Positions 1 to 6,338 of a stretch of 6,422 nucleotides of DNA are shown here, piece by piece. Source of the stretch: an uncultured Erysipelotrichaceae bacterium (GTDB taxonomy: Bacteria; Bacillota_I; Bacilli_A; Erysipelotrichales; Erysipelotrichaceae). The DNA lies in the NCBI GenBank assembly GCA_964457525.1, contig CAYWGS010000084.1, positions 1 through 6,422 of the forward strand, read 5' to 3'. Positions within the stretch are counted from its first letter, which is position 1, and each line of letters starts with the position of its first letter. The notes under the pieces are model-generated. The model made no database searches and had not been told where the DNA came from. It saw only the letters and a program-made list of their open reading frames with translations. The position numbers and the translations under genes are program-made.

Positions 1-1
1 A

Positions 2-37
2 ACGGAGTTAAAGTTTCAATTCAACTTTTAACCCCGT
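2..37. other. Imperfect stem-loop at the window edge. It may be a terminator, but its orientation cannot be resolved.
   Basis: Pairings are 2-5/34-37 (acgg/ccgt), 7-12/27-32 (gttaaa/tttaac) and 13-15/23-25 (gtt/aac), with one mismatch (6/33), one bulge (26) and the loop 16-22 tcaattc. On the + strand it is followed by the weak T-run atttgt. On the - strand its 3' flank lies outside the window. Confidence 0.25.
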
Positions 38-53
38 ATTTGTCTACAGTCTG

Positions 54-74
54 AACCCTTTATATAAAAGGGTT
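54..74. other. Perfect 8-bp stem with a 5-nt loop, 9 nt beyond the tRNA 3' end. It is not a canonical intrinsic terminator.
   Basis: aacccttt (54-61) pairs with aaagggtt (67-74) around the loop atata. The T-rich run (rc of 75-83 = TTTATTTTT) lies upstream of the hairpin on the - strand, and A-rich sequence follows it on the + strand. The U-tract is therefore on the wrong side for either direction. Confidence 0.35.
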
Positions 75-83
75 AAAAATAAA

Positions 84-160
84 TGGCGTCCTTGAAGGGA
101 CTCGAACCCCTGACCGTACGCTTAGAAGGCGTATGCTCTATCCAGCTGAGCTACAAGGAC
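84..160 (-). tRNA. tRNA-Arg, anticodon UCU (decodes AGA/AGG), with a genomically encoded CCA
   Basis: The reverse complement reads GTCCTTG TA GCTC AGCTGGATA GAGC A TACGC CTTCTAA GCGTA CGGTC AGGGG TTCGAGT CCCTT CAAGGAC G CCA. This folds as a full cloverleaf of 77 nt. It has a 7-bp acceptor stem, a 4-bp D stem, a 5-bp anticodon stem with a 7-nt loop (C-T-TCT-A-A), a 5-nt variable loop and a T arm with the TTCGAGT loop. Confidence 0.93.
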
Positions 161-171
161 AACGCTGTATT

Positions 172-200
172 ATCTTATCAAATAAAACAACGATTTTCAA
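172..200 (-). promoter_or_regulatory. Putative sigma-A-type promoter for the tRNA-Arg gene
   Basis: The minus strand reads TTGAAA (200..195), a 17-nt spacer ending in TGA (an extended -10 TGn), then TAAGAT (177..172). The predicted start is near 165-166, about 5 nt before the mature tRNA 5' end. The -35 box begins 3 nt after the upstream TGA stop. This is a motif match only. Confidence 0.4.
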
Positions 201-203
201 GAT

Positions 204-692
204 TCAAAACCATTTTCTTGGTTTATGTTCTCTTGGAAGTGTTTTTCGTTCTACTTCGATCTTACCATCTTCAATCGTCACAAGCGCATAACTCGGTTCA
301 CTTCCATCACGATTGTAATGAATTGAGCCTGGATTAACTAAGACAATATCTTCGAATCGAGTGACTTTAAAGATATGTGTATGACCATAAAGCACAAGCT
401 TACATTCTTCTTCTTTTGCCTTATAGATCAAACGTTCTACGACTTGCATCATAGGATATTGATGTCCATGAATAAGTAATACACGAACACCATTCAAGTC
501 TAAAATCATTTGTTTAGCGTAATCATAATGTAAATCATTATTACCTTGAATACTCACAAAGCCATCCAAGTCATTTGGGTGTGTCTCGCTATCACCACAA
601 TGAATATACGCAGAGGCAGTAGGATACATTTCTCTGAGTTGTTTAAAGACTTCGTTTCGCCCGTGGCTATCACTTATTACGACACAATACAT
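204..692 (-). CDS. Metallophosphoesterase of the YfcE / MJ0936 / YsnB family (calcineurin-like phosphodiesterase), 162 aa
   Basis: The ordered metallophosphoesterase motifs are all present: ISDSHG (DxH), HCGD (GD), QGNND (GNxD), IHGH and YGHTH. The length is typical for this family. An SD-like AGGTGA (701..696) overlaps the murI stop codon, and the gap to murI is 7 nt. A YsnB-type phosphoesterase lies in the racE/rph/rdgB neighbourhood in Bacillus (recalled from memory). Confidence 0.88.
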   Translation of the reverse strand: MYCVVISDSHGRNEVFKQLREMYPTASAYIHCGDSETHPNDLDGFVSIQGNNDLHYDYAKQMILDLNGVRVLLIHGHQYPMMQVVERLIYKAKEEECKLVLYGHTHIFKVTRFEDIVLVNPGSIHYNRDGSEPSYALVTIEDGKIEVERKTLPREHKPRKWF

Positions 693-699
693 GTTTCAC

Positions 700-1446
700 C
701 TATACTTCTATTTTAATAAAACTCTCTTTTGAATGAAAGAGTTCTTCAACTTGATGTTCTGCGAAATGAGCATCTTTTGTCGTATAACAAATACTTTCCC
801 CTTCCACAAGCTTCTGATTATTAAATAAATTCACCATCACAGCGATTGAGTCAATGATTCGTTGATGAAATACAGATTCAAATGCATCTTGTGCTAATGG
901 ATAATGTGTACAGCCTAATATTAAACAATCACACGTTAATTGCGTTTCAGTTAAGCAAGATTGTATATAATCTTGCATTTCTTTCTGTGTTGATAATCCT
1001 TCAATCAAACGAACAAGTTCAGGAAGCGCAACACTTGAAACCTCTGTATTCGGATATAGAGATTGAATTGTTCGAGCGTAGATATCACTTTGAATGGTTA
1101 ATTTCGTTGCGACAACACATATACTTTTTAAATTCAATGAATCGAGTTGTTTAACCGTTGGTCGAACAACATCATGAAATAAAACATCTGGATAAGATTG
1201 CTTAAGTGAATCAAGCGCAACTGCATTCATCGTATTACATGCGATTACAATCTCAGTGATACCATTTGCTTTAAACCAAGCAATATTCGTATGTGCGATA
1301 GACTTTATTTCATCTGCTGTTTTATTGCCATATGGCGCATTCTTTTGGTCTGCTAAGAAATGAAAAGCAGCTTTAGGATAAGCCTTGTGTAATGCATGAT
1401 AGATACTATATCCACCTAAACCTGAATCGATAATTCCAATTGCCAT
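700..1446 (-). CDS. murI: Glutamate racemase, 248 aa
   Basis: The N-terminus MAIGIIDSGLGG carries the DSGxGG motif. Also present are D-x4-PYG (ADQKNAPYG), the two catalytic-cysteine motifs IACNT (Cys70) and LGCTHYP (Cys179), and the correct overall Asp/Glu racemase family layout. Confidence 0.93.
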   Translation of the reverse strand: MAIGIIDSGLGGYSIYHALHKAYPKAAFHFLADQKNAPYGNKTADEIKSIAHTNIAWFKANGITEIVIACNTMNAVALDSLKQSYPDVLFHDVVRPTVKQLDSLNLKSICVVATKLTIQSDIYARTIQSLYPNTEVSSVALPELVRLIEGLSTQKEMQDYIQSCLTETQLTCDCLILGCTHYPLAQDAFESVFHQRIIDSIAVMVNLFNNQKLVEGESICYTTKDAHFAEHQVEELFHSKESFIKIEV

Positions 1447-1453
1447 AGTCAGT

Positions 1454-1462
1454 ATTATACCA
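1454..1462 (-). promoter_or_regulatory. Extended -10 box TGGTATAAT spanning the uvrC stop codon; candidate internal promoter for murI
   Basis: The minus strand reads ...AAGAGAAA TGGTATAAT ACTGACT ATGGCA. This gives a consensus TGnTATAAT with a 7-nt spacer to the murI ATG (1446). The -35 (TATTCA at 17-nt spacing) is poor, and there is no SD in the 8-nt gap. Confidence 0.3.
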
Positions 1463-3218
1463 TTTCTCTTTTTTCTTGAATACGCTTCTTTAATTCTTTT
1501 GCGAGTGCTGGACCCACAACTTCGGCTAACTTATCCTCTGGCGCATCTAAGATTCCTTGGATTGATTTAAAGGCTTTTAGTAGCGCTAAACGACGCTTAG
1601 GACCAATCCCTTCAATCTCTTCTAAGATGGATTTGGTCTGAGCTTTTGAACGACGTTTTTGATGATGCGATAAAACGAAACGATGGACTTCATCTTGCAT
1701 ACGACTGAGTAAGAAGAATGTGTCTGGATACTCTTTTAGATCAATTCGCTCTCCATCCTTAGACATTAATGCTGAGGTGGTATGTTTATCATCTTTAACT
1801 AATCCATAGATTGGAACATGCACTTCTAAACTTTCCATACTACGTAGAGCTGCTTGTATTTGTGTATATCCTCCATCCATAAGGATGAGATCTGGATAAT
1901 TTTGATTTTCCTTAATGGCACGTAAAAATCGACGATAAATAACCTCTTCCATATTCTTTACATCATCTGCACCATTATGAAGATTGTAGAGTCGATAGTC
2001 TTTCTTACTTGGGATGCCTTGATTAAACACAACCATTGCACTCGAAGCGAATTGGCCTTGTGTATGAGAGTTATCAAAGAGTTCGATACGATCCAGAGAA
2101 TCGATATTTAGAATTGATTTTAACTGATTAATCGCTTTATCTTGTTTCTCATTGTTCTTCTTTTGAATGGTTGCGTGTTGACGATGATGATTCATCGCAT
2201 TGAGTAGAACGAGATCCAATAACTTCTTTAATTCACCGCGTTGAGGTTGTAAGACTTTAACATCCAACATCGAGCTTATATTACTCGCATCAAAGTTAGA
2301 TGGTACAATTAGTTCCTTTGGTAAGGCTTGAGTTTCATAATACTGTAGTATGAAGTTTTCAAAGCTCTCTGAGGCATCATCAACTAAGAGTTGAGTTAAG
2401 AGATGTCGATCCATTAATCGCCCACCACGGACAATTAAAGCCGTAATGGTAAGCATTCCATCTTTCTCATAATAATTGAATGCATCACGATCCAATCGAT
2501 TATCTTGATATACGGTTTGTTTATCTTGTACATGATCAAGTGAACGTAAGAAATCACGATACACCATCGCTTTTTCAAAATTCAGTTTCTCTGTCGCATC
2601 GTTCATCTGATTCTGTAGACGTTGTCTTAAAGCTTTATCATCTCCCTTTAAGACTTGTATGATTTCTTTTAACATTTGCGGATAAGCATCTTCTTCAACC
2701 GGATATTGACATGGGCCTAGACATTGACCTAAGTGATAATATAAACATACTTTCTTTGGTAGAGTGACACATTTTCGTAATGGATAAATCGAATTGAGTA
2801 AGCTCGCCATATTATGTGCAGCTGTCGCATCTGGAAAAGGGCCATAATAATTGGCCTTCTTATCTTTCTTTGCTTCACGAACAACGGTTAATCTTGGATA
2901 TTTCTCTTGAGTAATCTTGATGTATGGATAAGATTTATCATCCATAAACATGATATTAAAACGGGGTCGATGTTTTTTGATAAGATTGATTTCTAAGATT
3001 AAAGCTTCTTTCTCAGTCTTTGTTACAATCGTATCAAAATCAACAATCTGACTAACTAATTTGGTTGTTTTATAATCATGAGCACCCGTAAAATATTGAT
3101 TAACACGATTTTTAAGTTTCTTCGCCTTACCGACATAGATGATCGTCCCATTACGATCCTTCATAATGTAACAACCTGGTTCCATCGGTAAAGTTAATAA
3201 TTTATCTTTTAGGTTCAT
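1455..3218 (-). CDS. uvrC: Excinuclease ABC subunit C (UvrC), 587 aa
   Basis: The N-terminal GIY-YIG nuclease module is present (PGCYIMKD...IIYVGKAKKLKNRVNQYF...EALILEINLIKKHRPRFN). A CLGPC cysteine motif and a UVR (UvrB-interaction) helix region (LNFEKAMVYRDFLRSL) follow. The C-terminal endonuclease domain has IELFDNSH, and the terminal (HhH)2 reads IEGIGPKRRLALLKAF. Confidence 0.96.
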   Translation of the reverse strand: MNLKDKLLTLPMEPGCYIMKDRNGTIIYVGKAKKLKNRVNQYFTGAHDYKTTKLVSQIVDFDTIVTKTEKEALILEINLIKKHRPRFNIMFMDDKSYPYIKITQEKYPRLTVVREAKKDKKANYYGPFPDATAAHNMASLLNSIYPLRKCVTLPKKVCLYYHLGQCLGPCQYPVEEDAYPQMLKEIIQVLKGDDKALRQRLQNQMNDATEKLNFEKAMVYRDFLRSLDHVQDKQTVYQDNRLDRDAFNYYEKDGMLTITALIVRGGRLMDRHLLTQLLVDDASESFENFILQYYETQALPKELIVPSNFDASNISSMLDVKVLQPQRGELKKLLDLVLLNAMNHHRQHATIQKKNNEKQDKAINQLKSILNIDSLDRIELFDNSHTQGQFASSAMVVFNQGIPSKKDYRLYNLHNGADDVKNMEEVIYRRFLRAIKENQNYPDLILMDGGYTQIQAALRSMESLEVHVPIYGLVKDDKHTTSALMSKDGERIDLKEYPDTFFLLSRMQDEVHRFVLSHHQKRRSKAQTKSILEEIEGIGPKRRLALLKAFKSIQGILDAPEDKLAEVVGPALAKELKKRIQEKREMV

Positions 3219-5509
3219 ACTTGACTCTTAAATGTCACAACAGTAGCCCCTACGCCACCCTCACCTTGACCCCCTAAACGATAGGATTCAATTCGATCTT
3301 GTTTAGCAAGTAAGGTATGAACAGCTTGACGTAAAGCACCTGTTCCATGACCATGAATAATACGAGCAAAAGGCATTTTCGCTCTTAAACAATCATCAAT
3401 ATAACGACTCACAATTGGAAGTGCTTCTTCAACACGATACCCAATGACATTACACTCAAGCGGAACAGATGCGATTGCTTCATGTTTAATGGATACTTGT
3501 TTCTGTTGTTTAGGTGCTTCACCTCGTAGTAATTGTGTTTGATTAACTTCCATACGAATGCCATTGATATTCACAACAACTTGTTTCTTTTTAACTTGTA
3601 ATACTTGTCCTTGTTGGTTCGTGGATTTAAGTTTAACCCAATCCCCTACTTCTATATTTTCTAATTTTGTTTCTTCTTTTACTTTGATCCGCTTTGAATC
3701 GATTTGTTGTTTCTTGGCAATGAGTTCATGCATCGGTGCCTTCGATTGTGCACGCATTTCATCTAGAATGGTTTGAGCTTCTTCTTGTGCTGCTTCAATC
3801 ATCGAATCAATTTCATCTTGTGCTTTTAATAATCGATTCTCTTTTGTTTGATTAAACTCTTCTTCTTGTTTTGTTAGTTGATTTCTTAATGATTCAAGTT
3901 CAGATTGTTGTGATTGAAGTGTTTCTTCAAACTGTTTTAACTCAATCATCTTACGCTCTAATTTTTCTTGTAATAACGCTTGTTCACTCTTTGCTTCAAT
4001 CTTTAATTGATTCGCTTTTTCTAAAATCTGTGGATTCAAGTTAAAACGAGCCGCAATCTCAAATGCATAAGATTGTCCTGCAATTCCTTCTAAATACTTG
4101 AATGTTGGACGCATCGCTTCCATATCAAACTGAACTGAGGCCATCAAAACATCATTACTCTTAAGTGCATATTCTTTTAACTTAGAATAGTGTGTCGTCG
4201 CAACAACCTTAACCCCTTTATCTTTTAAGAAATCTAAAACCGCAATCGCTAAACTTTCACCTTCTTGAGGATCGGTTCCACCCCCTAATTCATCGAGTAG
4301 AACAAGGGATTGTGATGTTGCTTGATCACAGATTGTTGCGAGTTTAGATAGATGTGCTGAGAAAGTCGATAGACTTTGGACAATCGATTGATCATCCCCA
4401 ATATCGACGAAAATTTGATCAAACATCGGGCAATACGCTTCATCTGCTAATACAGGAATACCACTATAGGTCATCAAACAGAATAACCCAAGTATCTTTA
4501 AACTTACGGTCTTACCCCCTGTATTCGGACCTGTAATAAGTAATACAGGATGACTCGATTCTAAATGATAGGTATTGGATACAACCTGTTTAGGATCAAT
4601 CAAAGGATGTCTTGCATTCTTAAAATAGATACTAGACGATTCTTTTAATTCTGCGACTCTTCCATCATGGATTTCACCAAAACGAGCACGGGCAAAATAA
4701 GAATCAATCAATGCCATCGTTTCTAATGCATTTAAATAATCATCCGCAATTGGTTTTACAAATTGACTTAACTCTTTACAAATTCTAAATATCTCTTCTT
4801 TTTCTTCTTCTAGCGCTAAGCTGACTTTATTATTCAAATCGAGTAGTACTGGAGGTTCGACATAAGTGGATAAACCCGATGCGGATTCCCCATGAATTAA
4901 ACCACCAAAACTATTCTTCTCACTTGATTTAACTAAAACAACAACACGATCATTGCGAATAGCACTAATCGTATCGGATAGTTTAGATGCATTTTGATGC
5001 ATAAAGCGTTGTGTAACGACTTCACGATCACTAATCGCTTTACGATAACGTTGACGAATGGATTTTAAGGTACTCGAAGCACTATCCAACATTTCTAAGC
5101 TTGGACTAATACACTTTTCAATCTCAATACTAACCCTTGGATGATCTTGGATTGAGATGAACAAATCAGATAAATACTCTTTTTTAATTTCTGCTTTTTG
5201 ATAATACGATTTTGCTAATCCTAAACCTCTACCAAAAACAGCCACATCCATTAATTCTTCAATGGTCAAAGTAATATCTTTACTCGCCTTCTCTAGCGCA
5301 ATCGAGATATCTTTCATCCCAGACATTGGACAAGATCCAACAACACGTAAAAAATCCATCGCTTCTTTTGTGCGATGATTTTCACGCATTACCCATAACG
5401 GTTTAAACTGCGGTTTTAAATTCAAAATCAGTTCTCGAGAGACCGAAAACTGCGTATAATGTGATATTTCTTCTAATATCAACGGATACTCTAATACGTC
5501 CCAACTCAT
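3215..5509 (-). CDS. mutS2: Endonuclease MutS2 (MutS-family ATPase with C-terminal KOW-like and Smr domains), 764 aa
   Basis: The Walker A motif GPNTGGKT (residues 327-334) is encoded at 4508..4531. The Walker B / MutS signature reads LVLLDELGGGTDPQEG. A long E/Q/K-rich coiled coil covers roughly 3735..4030, followed by a KOW-like segment (GDWVKLKS..GQVLQV). The C-terminal Smr domain has IIHGHGTGALRQAV (roughly 3218..3460). There is no MutS1-type mismatch-binding N-terminal domain. Confidence 0.95.
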   Translation of the reverse strand: MSWDVLEYPLILEEISHYTQFSVSRELILNLKPQFKPLWVMRENHRTKEAMDFLRVVGSCPMSGMKDISIALEKASKDITLTIEELMDVAVFGRGLGLAKSYYQKAEIKKEYLSDLFISIQDHPRVSIEIEKCISPSLEMLDSASSTLKSIRQRYRKAISDREVVTQRFMHQNASKLSDTISAIRNDRVVVLVKSSEKNSFGGLIHGESASGLSTYVEPPVLLDLNNKVSLALEEEKEEIFRICKELSQFVKPIADDYLNALETMALIDSYFARARFGEIHDGRVAELKESSSIYFKNARHPLIDPKQVVSNTYHLESSHPVLLITGPNTGGKTVSLKILGLFCLMTYSGIPVLADEAYCPMFDQIFVDIGDDQSIVQSLSTFSAHLSKLATICDQATSQSLVLLDELGGGTDPQEGESLAIAVLDFLKDKGVKVVATTHYSKLKEYALKSNDVLMASVQFDMEAMRPTFKYLEGIAGQSYAFEIAARFNLNPQILEKANQLKIEAKSEQALLQEKLERKMIELKQFEETLQSQQSELESLRNQLTKQEEEFNQTKENRLLKAQDEIDSMIEAAQEEAQTILDEMRAQSKAPMHELIAKKQQIDSKRIKVKEETKLENIEVGDWVKLKSTNQQGQVLQVKKKQVVVNINGIRMEVNQTQLLRGEAPKQQKQVSIKHEAIASVPLECNVIGYRVEEALPIVSRYIDDCLRAKMPFARIIHGHGTGALRQAVHTLLAKQDRIESYRLGGQGEGGVGATVVTFKSQV

Positions 5510-5510
5510 G

Positions 5511-6272
5511 TTACTTTAATCTTTCTAATAGTTCATCTATTTTATCGGAATCGATTTGTTGCTCATTTAACCAAGCTCTTAAAACATCGATATCTTTATT
5601 CGTTAAGTTATCACGCACCAAAATCTTGTAAACAACTTCTTTTTCAGGTGATTCAATATTGGAATCATCTAACCAAACTTGAATACGTTCACGATCTTGA
5701 TCGTTTAGCTCACTGTTACTCAATACTTTTATTAAACTCAACTCTTTCACTTCTGTATTAATCACTACAATCTTCGTAACTTGATCAAAGTACTTAAGCG
5801 CTGATTGTTCAATCACTTCTTGACCATTCGCAAAGAGTGGAGTCATAAGGATTAAGCTTACAATCCATAATAATACGAGTGCTTGAATAAGCCCAAATGC
5901 TAAACCTATGATACGATTGATTCCTTTAATAACGGGAATCTTACCAACAAAATGTAGTACGGGTCTTAATAGCCACAAGATAATACTGATTCCAATGAAA
6001 AGGATAATAAACCAAATAAAAGTATTAATTTGAACCGAAAACAACTGTCCGATTAAAGGTAAATTCAATAATAAATCATCAATAAAGTAGAGCGGTAATG
6101 CTAATGCGAGTGGCTTAGCTAATAATCCTGCCAAGATAAGTGCTACAAACAAGCTTACTGTTTCTAAGAATAAGATTAAGAACCCTTTACTAAAAGCACG
6201 TACAGCAAAAAACGCAATAATAATAAGAATTAATATATTAGTATATGGAATCAATTGATTTGAAATTGTCAT
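5511..6272 (-). CDS. cvpA: CvpA-family integral membrane protein with an extended soluble C-terminal tail, 253 aa
   Basis: The N-terminal ~145 aa form four strongly hydrophobic segments with a CvpA-like start (hydrophobic helix followed by R-x-F-S-K-G-F). The position immediately upstream of mutS2 matches the conserved yshB(cvpA)...mutS2 neighbourhood of Bacillota. There is a good SD: GTGAGGT (6285..6279), 7 nt before the ATG. The stop TAA is separated from the mutS2 ATG by 1 nt (TAAcATG). Confidence 0.8.
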   Translation of the reverse strand: MTISNQLIPYTNILILIIIAFFAVRAFSKGFLILFLETVSLFVALILAGLLAKPLALALPLYFIDDLLLNLPLIGQLFSVQINTFIWFIILFIGISIILWLLRPVLHFVGKIPVIKGINRIIGLAFGLIQALVLLWIVSLILMTPLFANGQEVIEQSALKYFDQVTKIVVINTEVKELSLIKVLSNSELNDQDRERIQVWLDDSNIESPEKEVVYKILVRDNLTNKDIDVLRAWLNEQQIDSDKIDELLERLK

Positions 6273-6283
6273 AGATAAACCTC

Positions 6284-6299
6284 ACATTAAGTTTAATGT
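6284..6299. promoter_or_regulatory. 16-bp palindrome (7-bp arms, 2-bp centre) in the divergent intergenic region; candidate operator
   Basis: ACATTAA gt TTAATGT has perfect 7-bp inverted arms. It overlaps the putative -10 (6295..6290) and predicted start of the cvpA operon promoter. It lies about -55 to -40 relative to the putative rnhC start. Confidence 0.3.
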
Positions 6300-6318
6300 A
6301 AAATGGGATTAAATTCAA
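6290..6318 (-). promoter_or_regulatory. Putative promoter of the cvpA-mutS2-uvrC-murI-phosphoesterase string
   Basis: The minus strand reads TTGAAT (6318..6313), a 17-nt spacer, then TAAACT (6295..6290). It is the best -35/-10 pair I could find upstream of cvpA. The predicted start near 6283 would give a very short leader of about 11 nt that begins at the SD, so the call is tentative. Confidence 0.3.
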
Positions 6319-6323
6319 ACCTA

Positions 6324-6332
6324 TGTTAAAAT
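6324..6332 (+). promoter_or_regulatory. Extended -10 box TGTTAAAAT directly upstream of the plus-strand ORF
   Basis: TG-T-TAAAAT (6324..6332) is followed by a 6-nt spacer (aggaac) and then the ATG at 6339. The A of the ATG therefore falls at the canonical +1 distance. The -35 is weak (TGGGAT at 17-nt spacing). Confidence 0.3.
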
Positions 6333-6338
6333 AGGAAC

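Noticed and set aside
54-83. Hairpin plus T/A-run as a canonical rho-independent terminator of the tRNA
   Set aside because: On the minus strand the T-run (TTTATTTTT) precedes the stem instead of following it, and on the plus strand the stem is followed by A residues. I kept it as a plain hairpin feature only.
83-337. Plus-strand ORF of 84 aa
   Set aside because: It reads straight through the antisense of the tRNA-Arg gene and then the antisense of the phosphoesterase 3' end. It has no SD, and its product is low-complexity and hydrophobic. It is a shadow ORF.
882-1154. Plus-strand ORF of 90 aa inside murI
   Set aside because: It is antisense to a well-supported conserved CDS, has no SD upstream of its ATG, and its composition is typical of antisense frames in AT-rich genes.
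2480-2662. Plus-strand ORF of 60 aa inside uvrC
   Set aside because: It is an antisense shadow ORF with no ribosome-binding site and no recognisable motif.
3215-3217. Alternative genetic code (Mollicutes code 4, TGA = Trp)
   Set aside because: TGA functions as the stop of mutS2 (3217..3215) and of the phosphoesterase (206..204), giving proteins of canonical length. Trp residues I checked are TGG, for example the WL motif in the cvpA tail. Code 11 fits.
3558-3776. Plus-strand ORF of 72 aa inside mutS2
   Set aside because: It is antisense to the KOW/coiled-coil region of MutS2. Its Cys/Phe/Ser-rich product is what the complement of a K/E/Q-rich coding region yields. It has no SD.
3735-4030. 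Repetitive-looking DNA (ttcttc / ttgtt / tcaa runs) that might be a tandem repeat
   Set aside because: It is the antisense view of the E/Q/K/L-rich coiled-coil segment of MutS2. It has no fixed period or repeat unit, and the bias is explained by amino-acid composition.
4354-4536. Plus-strand ORF of 60 aa inside mutS2
   Set aside because: It is antisense to the MutS2 ATPase core, including the Walker A codons. It is a shadow ORF.
5514-5714. The 34-residue repeat period in the CvpA tail as a TPR motif
   Set aside because: Only the period matches. The conserved positions (L, D, WL, I, S) do not follow the TPR consensus pattern of small and large residues, and two repeats are too few to call. 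It is reported as an unassigned duplication instead.
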